62,123 bases of DNA, filler included, from Globobulimina sp. (GCA_003354225.1; 13 parts of 13 records of this genome joined end to end with filler, not necessarily neighbours in it); one strand, 5' to 3'; positions 11,075 to 22,906 are shown, counted from the whole stretch's first letter. Notes: generated from the sequence alone by a model not told the origin. Program-made: numbers and translations.

Positions 11075-12664
11075 AATTAACATCATCCAAATACACCACA
11101 CAAATATCAGATTTTCCATTTAATGAATCTGGAATTAAGCTTAATACCTTTCCATCACATTGGAATTATCATGAATATTTAGAAGAATATGCAAAACAAA
11201 AAGGTTTATTACAATACATTATGTTCAATCACAAAGTTATTTCATGCTCATACAACCAGTGCAAAGGGGGGGGGGGGATATTGGACAGTGCAAAAAGATA
11301 AAAATTTAGTTATCAATTCATTGAAAGTTGGTATTTGTTCTGGATTACATTCATCACCAAATCCCATTCCATCAAAATACCAATCATTTAAAGGAACATT
11401 CTTAAGTTCAAATGACATTAAAAGAATTAATCCAGAAATTGTAAAAAATAAACATTTATTGGTTGTTGGTGGTGGTGAAACTTCATCAGATTTAATATTG
11501 CATCATTTACCATTCACAAAAACAATGATTTGGTCCATTCGGAATGGACAATTTTTTTGCAACAAAAGAGTTGATTCTGAAACATTTACCTTTGGTATGA
11601 TTCAAAGTGAGTCAGTAGCGGATTTATTGGCAGTGATGCTGTTTTCTCCATCTGGTGCAGTAAATTGCAAATATACATTCAATTTAAATCCTTTTCAATA
11701 TCAATCCCATGGAATTAAAGAATGGAGAAATAATGAATTACATGATGATAATTGGAGTGCATGGAATAAAAATGCTCAAATCCTTAAATATGTTCATAAT
11801 GGAACAATCATCGCAAAGAATGATATTGATTGTATTGATGGAAAAACAGTCACATTCGCTGATGGCTCAGTTATTGATAATATTGATGTTATATTTTTTT
11901 GTGGTGGTTTTTCTCCAAATTTAGATTATTTGAAGATTGATGAATCATTAAAACAACCAGAAAATGTGTATGAATATGTATTTCCGATTTGTGAAGAATT
12001 ACAATCATCCATTGCATTCATTGGTTTAGTTCGACCGAATTTTGGTAGTATGCCTGGTTTAATTGATATTAATAGCAGATGGGTTGCAAGAATTTGGGCT
12101 CAAAAGTTATCACTCCCAAAATATGATATTATGCGTATTGAACACAGTAAAATTTTTAAAGCAAATATGATTGCATTTGGTAATGGCCAATTTAATAAAA
12201 CAGGTTATCTCGTAAATTGGTTTGTATATTGGTGGAGAATTTGCGAAAAACTTCAATTCAGTCAAGTAATGAAAACTCGTTTGAGTGCCTTATCAAAAAT
12301 GAAGTTACTTTGTAAACCAATACAAACCAGTATGTTACAAATATTTGATATTGATGATGATGCAACAATGGATGATCAACAAAAAAAACAAAAAATCAAA
12401 GAGGTGATAGATAATGATGTGGTATGGCAAAATCCTTTGTTTTGGATTTTATTTCCAATTTTACTGTTATTTCCGGATTCATTATATGAGTATTTGTATT
12501 CAAAGAAATATTATTTTCAACAAATTTCATTTTTTTATGGTTTATTTGATTGGATGTCAAAAACAAGAGTATATCAATATGTATTTCCTGAAATGCAAAT
12601 TGTATTAACACAAAATAATTCGATCAAACAAGTTATTGAATGGCATGATGCCAGAGTTGAATGA
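11075..12664 (+). pseudogene. Flavin-containing monooxygenase (FMO family), frameshifted at a G12 run and missing the N-terminal FAD-binding motif as assembled
   Basis: Frame 1: LTSSKYTTQISDFPF...FPSH..YHEYLEEYA..GLLQYIMFNHKV. After G12 (11266-11277), +1 frame: ICSGLHSSP, FKGTFLSSNDIK (degenerate FMO fingerprint), LLVVGGGETSSD (NADPH site), IDVIFFCGGF, IAFIGLVRP. The frameshift may be a homopolymer error. Confidence 0.75.
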
Positions 12665-12998
12665 GTTATTACTTATTAGCAAATTGGTTTGTACTTTTTT
12701 TTGATGAATGGTCTGAGTTTCCTTAACGTAATCCAAGAAGATTATGACTAAATGTGTGTGTATTGTTGCCTAAGTACTCTTCAATATATTCAAAATATGC
12801 ATTTTCGTTTGTTCTCATACTGAAGAAAACCAATTTATTTCTGCTAACAATACAAAAAGTGCTTAAATCATTACAATATAACACTTGATAGAAAGACATT
12901 TTAGCGTACAAATAGAATAAAGGTTGCTGTTGTGTCATATTACAAACGTTTTTTCCGATACAGTGTGTCAATTAATATTGAATATAATTATATTCATT

Positions 12999-14189
12999 TT
13001 ATTTACTGATTTGCATTGCATATCGTTTCGTCCATTCCCTTGCTGTTTGATCATGTAAATCTTTATTTGTAATCAAAAGTGTGGCAATATCGGGAACCAA
13101 TGGATCCTCTAAAAAAATCAAACAAGCATATTTGTATTGCAATTGATGCATATTATTTTGTCAAATACCTGGATTTGGTACTTGCAATAAAGCAGAAACA
13201 CTCAATAATATTTTCTCCACTGTCAATGCCGGCGAATAAGTATCTTTTAAAATATCTAAACAAATGGCACCATTTTTAGTGTTAATATTGCAATGATATA
13301 TTTTCGTTTTGAAGACAACTTTTGGTGGTTCAAAGGGATAATGTTCTCCAAAATCAATATTTAAATAAAATCTGTACCCAAAGTATGGCGTATTTTGTGG
13401 TCCATCAATAGTAGCAAACCAATGCAATAAATCATGACTGGAAACAGGACACGCTCCAATTCCTGGCGGTGGACTTAATAACAACGATTGGATTTCTTTA
13501 GCCAATCTTTTATAGCCCGGAGGTTTCTTTTCATCCTTTTTCTTCTTTTTCTGCTGTTTCTGTGCAGTATTTGAATGATTTGATGTTATAAATTCTAACA
13601 TTGGCACATCTTTTGCGTCATAGTCACCATTCGTAGTGTCACTAATATGGATCGTCTCTTCCTGCGTTGGATCATACGCTTCTTCTTCCGTCAAACAAGT
13701 GGCACGTTTTAAGTCCCATTTATTCATTGAACATATCCATTTCCCTTCAAACTCGCCCTCTGGCACTGAGGTTGGGATACGTCTCCATTTCAAGCATTTA
13801 TCGCATTGCACCCATCGCATCTCCACTGTTGCAATTGTGCTTTTATTCGGATTGATATTTTCATTTGCTTTATTACCGTTGCTTAAATTGTTTGTTTGCA
13901 ATTTCTTTTCATTGCTATCTTCATTACTTTTTTTGCAATGTTTACAATAATATGTGATCTCAGTGCTAGTCTCGTCATTTTGTAACAGATTAATCATATC
14001 TTGCTTAAATCCGGCACATTTAAAATGTGTCCAGTAAATGCATGGCTTATCATGCGAAAGGCCATCACATCCTATTGCCTCGGTGGTTGGTAATGTTGTG
14101 TCTTGACAACATGCCCATTTATACTCATTTCCATTATTATCAACATATGTTGTATCTGTATCAGGTTCTTTACTTACACTGGATGTCAT
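12999..14189 (-). CDS. PHD finger + zf-CW + ubiquitin-conjugating (UBE2D/E-type E2) fusion protein, 376 aa
   Basis: PHD: CCQD...AIGCDG..PCIYWTHFKC...YYCKHC. CW: WVQCDKCLKWR...WICSMN.W....C. UBC: RLAKEI...YPFEPPKVVFKTKIYHCNIN..GAICLDILK. A 60-nt intron at 13109-13168 yields PNPEDPLVPDIA...TAREWTKRYAMQISK*. Confidence 0.92.
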
Positions 14190-14396
14190 ATTTGTATATA
14201 AATGTTACTGAAAGAATTTTTAAAGAAAGTTTTAATATTAATTTTCGATTCGAATAAAAATGCATTTATTATTTCCTTTNNNNNNNNNNNNNNNNNNNNN
14301 NNNNNNNNNNNNNNNNNNNNNNNTTAATTAATTAANNNNNNNNNNNNNNNNNNNNNNNNNNNNNNNNNNNNNNNNNNNNTCATTAAATATATACAG

Positions 14397-15350
14397 TACA
14401 ACGAAAAGAAAACGAAATTTGTCAAGAAAATTGAAGGTAAATTAGATGGAATAAACCAAGCAATCGAGACAATGGAATTTAAGCTGGATGTAATGGCTAA
14501 ATATTACGATGAAATGGTTCGAGATCATGACAAATTCCTAGCATTTTGTTTAAAACAGGGTGATAAATATGGTGAGGAAATGGGAGAAATTAAGATTTTT
14601 TTGGAGCAAATAGGAGTTGAAATAAAAGGGAAAAAACGTGGTTTATATGAGGGTCAATCGGACGATGTAGAAAGAAAAATATTTTCCGAGGAATATGATG
14701 TTTATACAGTCCACCGAACAACGCAGGAAATAGATAATTCAGAGAGCAAAGATAAAAATGCTAGAATAGGAACATGGGTTGGAATGGGAGTCGGAGCTGT
14801 GACGGGAGGGCTCATTGCCGGCCCAGTCGGTGTCGTTATCGGTGGCTCTTTCGGTGGAGCTTTTGGAGGCTGCATTATTGGGGGTATTCTAGATAAGTTT
14901 GCAGGAAATAATGTTGATCGGTTTGAAACAAAAACGACCGTTTCTAAAAGCACAGCATCTGTGACATTGTCAAATGCAGATTATTATGATGGCGATAAGC
15001 AAAATGCAGCATTGCAACAAATCATAGCTGCGCTGGAACCGGAGATTAAAAAATGTAGAGAGAAGCTAAGCAAAGCTGTGGAAAATACAAAACAGCAAAA
15101 GATTGAAGCACAGGATTTTAAGAGCAATATATCTGGAATGCATGAGAAAATAAAGGTGTTTAAGAATGAAATCAAGGAAATTAAAAAATCGTTAAAAACA
15201 GCAAAGATTGATGATCAATTTCAGAAAAATATGGATTCGAAATGTTTAGATTTATTCGAAAAAGTTAATAAAATGGTATTGGATTTAAAATATTCATCGA
15301 ACTTGAAATCAAAATGGAAAGACCATGATGATACCAAGCAACATAAATGA
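14397..15350 (+). CDS. Coiled-coil protein with a central glycine-zipper hydrophobic segment (5' partial)
   Basis: GTWVGMGVGAVTGGLIAGPVGVVIGGSFGGAFGGCIIGG flanked by K/E-rich heptads. In-frame acceptor atatacag at 14396. Confidence 0.7.
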   Translation, partial: YNEKKTKFVKKIEGKLDGINQAIETMEFKLDVMAKYYDEMVRDHDKFLAFCLKQGDKYGEEMGEIKIFLEQIGVEIKGKKRGLYEGQSDDVERKIFSEEYDVYTVHRTTQEIDNSESKDKNARIGTWVGMGVGAVTGGLIAGPVGVVIGGSFGGAFGGCIIGGILDKFAGNNVDRFETKTTVSKSTASVTLSNADYYDGDKQNAALQQIIAALEPEIKKCREKLSKAVENTKQQKIEAQDFKSNISGMHEKIKVFKNEIKEIKKSLKTAKIDDQFQKNMDSKCLDLFEKVNKMVLDLKYSSNLKSKWKDHDDTKQHK

Positions 15351-15766
15351 ATTTCTTTTTTTGTTTGGTTTTAATATAAACTCTAAAAATAAGAGAGTTT
15401 CTTTGCGTGTCATTTTCTGTTTTTGTGTATCCTCAAATTTTTTTTTTGTTATTGGTGAAGTTTACAGCTAGATATAAGGCTTGCTTCTATCCATATTAAA
15501 TTATTATCTATTAATTAATGCCATTGGATCGCAATCGAAATTACTAGAAAGTTTTCTCACACTTTCGGAGAGGAATTGATTATTTAACAGTGGACGAGTA
15601 TAAGTCATGTGTTGCCACATTCTTACAGCAATGTGTCCTTTCGTTTAATAGAGGAAGCAACAGGATATGCCTTTGTGTATGAGAAAGATATTATTTCTGA
15701 TTGTCACTTTATATGGTCTTATGGGAAAAACTATAAATTATTTATATTTAAAACATATATACAATA

Positions 15767-18539
15767 TTATACATATACAGCAGCAGCAATTACTATTAAC
15801 ATCAAATTATGGATATAGAGAAAATCAGCATTATCTGCATTACCATAATCATCAACAGAGCCAACACAATCCTGTATTTCATAATATTTCTGTTGATTAC
15901 AGTCCGTCCACGTATCCTCAAATTCATTTGTTTCTATCAATGAGGAATCTTCACAGTCATCATTTTCATAAATTTTTTGTGTAATAACATCATCTTCAGA
16001 ACATGTAAGATATTGATAATTATTATTCGTATCCTCAACGTCAACATCAATTACATCATATTGAGGATAGCATGCATTTAATACAAATTGTGAAACCTCA
16101 TAATTATCTGCATTTGATGCACAGTTTGAGTCTGTATTATATGCTTCAACTTGAACAAAATCACAATATGTATCATATCCACATTGCCAATATATTCCAT
16201 CCGTTCCTTGGCCGGTTATCCACGAGAAACGTTGCGAGGGGGTTTCCAATGAAGAATTCGTATCTTCTTTACATTGTACTCCTGGATAATAATACATGAT
16301 TAAATCACCATTATCACATTCACTCGATTGCGATGATTGAGTTTCAGAATAAAACGATTGGCAAACTCCAACAGGATATCTTGGGAAATTTTCCGTTGTT
16401 GACCACCAATTACATTCATAAACAGTAATTGGAGATGGAGTGGGACGGTTTGTTGGTCTCTTCGTAGGAATAGTCGGCGGCGTCTGACTCTTCGTTGGGA
16501 ATGGAGATGGTGAAACTGTTGGATATGTGGCAGGATGAACAGATGGACTGTCTGTTGTATTCCAGGTTGGATTTCTTGTTGGATTTCTTGTTGGATTACC
16601 GGTTGGATTCCCGGCTGGATTTCTTGTTGGATTTCTTGTTGGAGTCCGGGTTGGATTATCTGTCGGATTTCGTGTTGGATTCCCGGTTGGATTTCGTGTT
16701 GGATTTCTTGTTGGAGTCCGGGTCGGATATAGTGTTGGATTCCGGGTTGGATTTTTTGTTGGAGAGCCACTTGGTGTATTTGTTGGATCAGTTGGACTGT
16801 TGGATGGAGTTTGTGTTGGATTGCCAGTTGGTATTGCTGTTGGAGGTAATGTGCATGGAAAATATGGTGTACATTCATTGCTTGTTCCATTAATATAACA
16901 ATATCCACACTCAAAGTTAACCCGGAATTGATTACAACTGGCAGCAGTACAGCTATATTATATATATTTTATTAATATACTTACTTACTTACTTATATAT
17001 ATATATATATATATTAATATACCTTATATTCCATTCAGGCAAAGACCAGACATCTGAGGCATTCTTATAACTGCTGAATAATATGGGTCTATCACAATAA
17101 TTGTCACCCGATCCACAATTTATTTTTAAATCAGTTTGATAGCCAACATGGACTTCATCGTAAAATGAGAAACAATTAAAACCTATATCGTTTTCATGAC
17201 AGCTAAAGATTATTTTTTTTGTATCCTGTAAATAATAATAATTTGATGGATTTATACCAGCAATACTGCCAAACCATGATTCTCCTCTAAAATAAAATAA
17301 ATCCGATGGACCATATACTATCAAATCGAAAAATCTATCATTTGCACCCCAACGACGTACAATATATAATTCATCGGATAATGTTGCATTTAATGTAATT
17401 TTATCCACTGTTTTATGATGAGGTGGATATACTGTAACTTGTTTATGGTAAAAATTAAATTTTCGGTTCAATCCCATTGGCCAAAATTTTGACGTACTGC
17501 TTTCTGTTACAAACTATATATTTTTCCACGTCACATATTATATTTGGTCATATATAAATTAGAAACACTTAACATTTGGTAAAATTACCCATAATATACC
17601 ATTAAAACCATTTTGATCAATAATATCAATGTCAATATCATATACAGATTTGGAATATACTAAATCCTGATAATCAAAATAAGTGTATAATGTGGATACA
17701 TTTTCTGACGGATATGAATATGTACTAAGTCCGCCACAGATACTATCTGTAGCACAACTCCACACTGTACAGACTTCACTAAAATCATAATGACATAATA
17801 TATCAGCACCGCTGCTCGGGGTGTCCACCATATTAATTTGTCTACAACCTTTGACCGCAAATAAATATGATCTATCTTCCATCGGTCCATATATATTAAG
17901 GGCATTATATTCCATATTATTATACGGCGCAAATACTCGAATGACACCGCAGGAATATGTAGTTGATGAATCACAATATAAATTAAGTTGATATATAGTT
18001 AATGCATAAATATATTGTCCATAACATCCATATTTTCCAGAACAATGATGTTCTACTATTCCAAATGACGAATTGATATTCTCTGTTTGCAATGTCTTCA
18101 ATGTCGTGGTTTCATTGATATTGTTCATATTATATTTATTTTTATAATATACCGAGTCGTAATGGAAATATCCATTTTGGGAATTTTCAAATTCACTGAA
18201 ATAATAACCATCGGGATAAACACTAATAAACGCATATCCGAATAAAAACGAGCAACCGAAATCATCTGCATTTGTGAAATGCATATCTAATGATATAGCA
18301 TCGGATAAAATTACTGATTCTCTACAAGAATTGCGGCCGGTACACCATAAACTTACACTTGAATTCTCTTCAAATCGAAATTCTTTTCCATTGCAAGATG
18401 GATAGGTATTACAAGTAATATCACATGTGGCACCGGAGGGACATACTATGCGTTGTTCAGTTGGATTTGTCATTTGTATCGTTTGACTAAATGCACAAAT
18501 AATAACAGATGATACAATAGTAAATAAAAGCGAGTCCAT
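15767..18539 (-). CDS. Secreted Cys-rich surface protein with PTRN/PTxx mucin-like stalk and a GPI-like hydrophobic C-terminus; 3 exons
   Basis: Signal peptide MDSLLFTIVSSVIICAFS. Introns 17514-17573 and 16953-17022 join three ORF pieces in frame. The stalk reads PTKNPTRNPTLYPTRTPTRNPTRN; the protein ends NLMLIVIAAAVYV*. Confidence 0.8.
16565..16765 (-). repeat. 12-bp coding tandem repeat (CCAACAAGAAAT-type; Pro-Thr-Arg-Asn)
   Basis: Degenerate 12-mer units gttggatttctt / gttggattcccg are visible on the + strand. Confidence 0.85.
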
Positions 18540-18731
18540 GTTGACTGTAAAGCAAGTTAGTCGTGAAAACCTTATTATACATGCATTCCATGCAGAAACT
18601 GCTCTCTTTTATTTGACCATTAATTTTAAACCAGAAAAATCGCATTAAAAAATAATAATAAAAAAGAAATACTATGTAATGATTGTTTGAAAAAAAAATA
18701 ATAAAGAAAAAATAAGCCACACAAATTAAAT

Positions 18732-19069
18732 TTATAGTTGCAATGAATTCCATATTATATCAATAACCTTCTGATTTGCATTCTGACCAAAAATAGCGCC
18801 TAAGTCTTGTTTATTTTTGGCTACTTTTCTTAATTCACATCTCCTCAAAATACCATTCATGTGTAAAACGGATTTATATCCAACCAATTCATCAGTTTGT
18901 TGGAAACAATTGTCAAACATTGTTTGTTGTTTTGTAAATTCCTCCACTTCTTTTAAAATTAATTGCCTATGAATTCGTTTTTCAATTCCAAGTTCTTTTT
19001 CTAATGTTTTTTCATCACAATATTGTATCATTTTTGTATTCGCGTAACCAGCATCCCTAACATTTGCGA
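18732..19069 (-). CDS. C-terminal fragment with a SAM-like domain (5' truncated)
   Basis: DEKTLEKELGIEKRIHRQLILKEV resembles the SAM signature LxxLGIxxxGHRxxIL. Confidence 0.5.
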
Positions 19070-19355
19070 NNNNNNNNNNNNNNNNNNNNNNNNNNNNNNN
19101 NNNNNNNNNNNNNTTAATTAATTAANNNNNNNNNNNNNNNNNNNNNNNNNNNNNNNNNNNNNNNNNNNNTTAATTGTTCTATTATTATATTAGTTTATTA
19201 TCTTATCTTATTACCCTTGCTCCCAAATCTTATAACACTCAACACTTGTATGGATTTTCTCTGATCCATTTTTCAATTAAACAACTCAACACAACTATAG
19301 CAAACCGGTTTTCTTCTGGAATATCGTTGAAAAAAACCTTGAAGTACTTGCAAAA

Positions 19356-20231
19356 ATGCCTGGCATTCAACGAATAAAAAGAATGGGAAGTGGTTTGGGA
19401 TTAAATGATGCTCCGGAATGGAATTCATCACAACATATCAAATCTGGTTACCGCAAAGGCGGTAATTATTGGGATTGTTTTTTCTCATTATTTTGGTTAC
19501 ATAACGAAACAATCAATATATGGACTATGATCATTGGGGTGGTTGTTAGTTCAATATGCGTTTCTTACATATTTTGTTATCATCCAATCCCAACACCAAC
19601 AGATTATATCATCTTTATTTTGTATTGTATTCATGGACTGATTCATGTTCCTTTTAGTGTCGCAAATCATTTATTTGGATGTATGGATCGTAAAACATTC
19701 TTTTATTGGAGAAAGATGGATATTTCATTCATATTTATTTCCGCGTCAATTCTATGTTTTGTATTATCATTTTATGTGTTTCCGGTCGAATTGACCATAC
19801 TTTGGACCATATTCAGTGTGTATATCGCTTATATATTTATTGCGGAGTTGAACAAAAATAACAGTCTGGGAATGTTTGATCGACAGAGAGCGTCTCAATG
19901 CGTTGGTTATGCAGTATTAATTTACATTGTTCCCATTGGATTTCAAGCAATTTTAGAATTTTTGAATGGTGAGTCATTAATTTCATTGTATTTGCTTCTT
20001 TTTATTGTGAGTGGTTTGGGTGTCGGTGGCTATTGCTATGCAACAGAATTCCCTGAGAGATTAAGTGATGTCGGAAGATTTGATTTATTTTTGCATGGGC
20101 ATAATATAATGCATTTTGGTGTGATGATGGCGCATTGGAGCGAACTTATATTTGTATTTTATATGTTTCAAAGGCAATATGGAGTCGCTGAGCTAAGAAT
20201 ACCTATCATTAGTGACACAAATGTGCTTTAA
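19356..20231 (+). CDS. PAQR / AdipoR / haemolysin-III family heptahelical protein
   Basis: IKSGYR...FSLFWLHNETINIWT, SVANHLF, RKMDISFI, FPERL..GRFDL..HGHNIMH. Confidence 0.9.
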   Translation: MPGIQRIKRMGSGLGLNDAPEWNSSQHIKSGYRKGGNYWDCFFSLFWLHNETINIWTMIIGVVVSSICVSYIFCYHPIPTPTDYIIFILYCIHGLIHVPFSVANHLFGCMDRKTFFYWRKMDISFIFISASILCFVLSFYVFPVELTILWTIFSVYIAYIFIAELNKNNSLGMFDRQRASQCVGYAVLIYIVPIGFQAILEFLNGESLISLYLLLFIVSGLGVGGYCYATEFPERLSDVGRFDLFLHGHNIMHFGVMMAHWSELIFVFYMFQRQYGVAELRIPIISDTNVL

Positions 20232-20326
20232 AATTTGGCCTTATATGAACATCGTATATTTTCTTTTAATTCTATAGCTACTTAAAAACTTTAATTAAGA
20301 AATCAAAAACCTGACTGAATCAGATC

Positions 20327-22556
20327 ATGCTTTCTACCAATTCCAAAAGAACGTTTTTTAGGCACATATTTATAATACTCATATCCGCCAATACTGTATT
20401 ATCAGCAGAGTGCACCGCGAGTGTGCTTTATGATTTTATTTATTGTTTATCACCAGATTCACAATGCGCGCAATGTATGCCATGTTACAATGGCGGTTTA
20501 TTATACATACCAACTGGACAACATTACGCTGCAGAATGCGCCAACAATCACTGTGCAGAATGCATCGAAACCTGTTCAACAGACTTTAAAAAACATGCAT
20601 ATATCAGCGACAACAGCGTGCTTTCCAGTTTTATCTCCACAATGAACGCAAGCACCATATCCAACATCAGCCAGTCAACCAAATACGAATTCGACTGCAC
20701 TGCTTATCCCAACCACGTTATATTTATTAAATATGCATTTTTTGCAGCAAATGACAATCCAGCTGTCAACAAACTAATTTGTACATTGGATTTCTCTCAA
20801 AACATAGCCGCAGCGTGCAACCAACGCACATCGTGTATATTTTATTTACATTCGTTACTCCCTTCCAACTGCATCTCATCCACTACATTCATGGCAGAAA
20901 TTGGAGCTTTTTGTGTGTCAACAACGCCAAGTTACATGTCATCTGACTGCAGCTCAGCAGACCATGAATATGTGCCACTTGCTTATATCATAATAATTGC
21001 AGTATTAGCAACCTTGCTGTTTGTGACCATTTTAAGTATCATATTATGTCAAATAAAACATGTGGTGTTTGAATATAAATTAAACCTGAATTCAGCTTCA
21101 GATATAAGTCGAGTCACAGTCACAAACACGAATGAGGTGTTTGAGCAACGCCAAACGAGACCGAAATTCCATCAAAGAGGTGTGAACAAATTGGATATCA
21201 ATAAGTCAGTGACCATGCATCCATATGCCAGCGATAAAAATGATATGAATACGTCAGTCACCAATGTCTTGGCTGGAATCAATAACACAGTACGTAGCCC
21301 AATGAAGATGCACCTGGGTAATTTTGAGAGCGTTCATATGCCACTGCCACTCGTTCAGAATGACAGCATTGTGGTGCCACCGGTCACTCGATATAGACCG
21401 AAATCAGTCGATGACAATATATCGAGGGAGGTGTTGGAGTTGGAGTTGGATTTTGACAATGACATCACATACATGCTAATGAACCCGAACGACGACAATG
21501 AGTTCGCAGATTATACCGGGAATGATCAGAAGATGGGAAATGAAACCAATAAAGAAAAGGATATGAATAGTAATAAAATACGATGTATTGCGCAAAGGGA
21601 ATATTTCTTGGGTATGAATATTGTGTTTCTGTGTTGTGGTAAATTGGTTTTTGTCATGTTTGAGTGCGTAATTATTAATATATAGATGTTGAGATTGGCC
21701 GTGGTTCATCGTCCAAAGTGTATAAAGTGCGATGGATAAATGGCATATTTGCGGCAAAAAGGTTCATTAATTCATTCGATATTGACTCCAAAAAATCGCA
21801 AGAATATATCACGACGTATGCGCAAAAAGTGGCAGATTCGCCGCACGAAAATGTTATTCAAATATTAGCATTTGCGGACAATCCATTTACGATCATTACA
21901 GAATATATAAATTATGGGCCAGTCACGAAATATGTGCAAAGCAAAAGAGTGTCCATATTGGACAGAATTGAAATTGCGTTGCAAGCAGCAAAAGGTACAT
22001 TATATATATACGTTATACATTTATTTGTTTGCTTTATAAAACACAACAAAAAGGAATGGAACATTTACATAAATTGGGAATAATTCATAGTGAGATCATG
22101 TGTAATAACTTATTGATGGAATTTATAGGGAATAAAAAAACATTTATTGTGGCGGATATACGCGTAGTTGTAACGGATTATGCATTGCAGCAAATGCTAA
22201 CTGATGACGGTTTGGAGACATATCGATCGTCATTGGGGCCCCTCAAATATATGGCGCCCGAATTGATTGACAACCATAATAATAATACAACGCTTGAATC
22301 AGATATCTATGCGTTTGGCATTACGATTTGGGAGATTTTGACTGGTAATGAGCCTTATCCTGACACAAAAGCGGTTGATGCAGCTATTCAAGTTTTAATT
22401 AAAAAAAGGAGACCGCAGCAATATGCATTTATACCTGAACCAATACAGAATTTAATGGTGAAATGTTGGAACACGGATATCAGTCAAAGACCAAATGCGA
22501 ATCAAGTTGTTAATGAATTGGAGAAATATATTCAAGATCAAAAAGGGAAATCATAA
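20327..22556 (+). CDS. Single-pass receptor with a Cys-rich, SUEL/Gal-lectin-like ectodomain and a TKL-type (pseudo)kinase domain; 3 exons
   Basis: Signal peptide; FDC....IFIKYAFF...C...IAAACNQRTSC; TM LAYIIIIAVLATLLFVTILSIIL. Introns 21612-21685 and 21995-22053. Kinase motifs IGRGSSSKVY, FAAK, HSEIMCNNLL, TDYAL, PLKYMAPE, SDIYAFGITIWE, CW...RP. Confidence 0.85.
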
Positions 22557-22700
22557 TAATTGCTATCTTTGCTTTTTTTGTGTTTGTGAATAACGATATT
22601 TATACGTAGCTGATTATTTTTTGGTTTGTTTTTGTGAATAATTATAGTAGTAACTACAAACGAGTTGGTTGGTTGTTTGGAGCATCTGAATTTATACCAA

Positions 22701-22906
22701 TTAACTTTTTTGGCTTAGTTTCGTTTCATTTCATTTCAACGATTGGCAAGGTTAGCTAGAGTGGTTTTCAACTTTGAATACTAGGTCATCGAATACTAGG
22801 TCAACTTCGAATACTAGGTTGAAAACCACTCTTAGGCACTCTAGCTACCCCAACAACTTTGCTAACGTTGAAATGACACGAAACGAAACTAAGCCAAAAA
22901 AGTTAA
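22701..22906. mobile_element. MITE-like nested inverted-repeat element
   Basis: Outer 41-bp IR at 22701-22741/22866-22906 (2 mismatches). Inner perfect 15-bp IR agagtggttttcaac 22758-22772 / gttgaaaaccactct 22818-22832, enclosing three gaatactaggt units. Confidence 0.7.

Noticed and set aside
15480-15820. Possible small gene or structured RNA between convergent genes
   Set aside because: Only a short non-ATG frame and weak stems; no recognisable family.
16300-16914. Q/I-rich, LLDF-repeat and WISC-repeat ORFs (16300..16914, 16495..16893, 16535..16732)
   Set aside because: These are alternative-frame and antisense readings of the 12-bp PTRN coding repeat.
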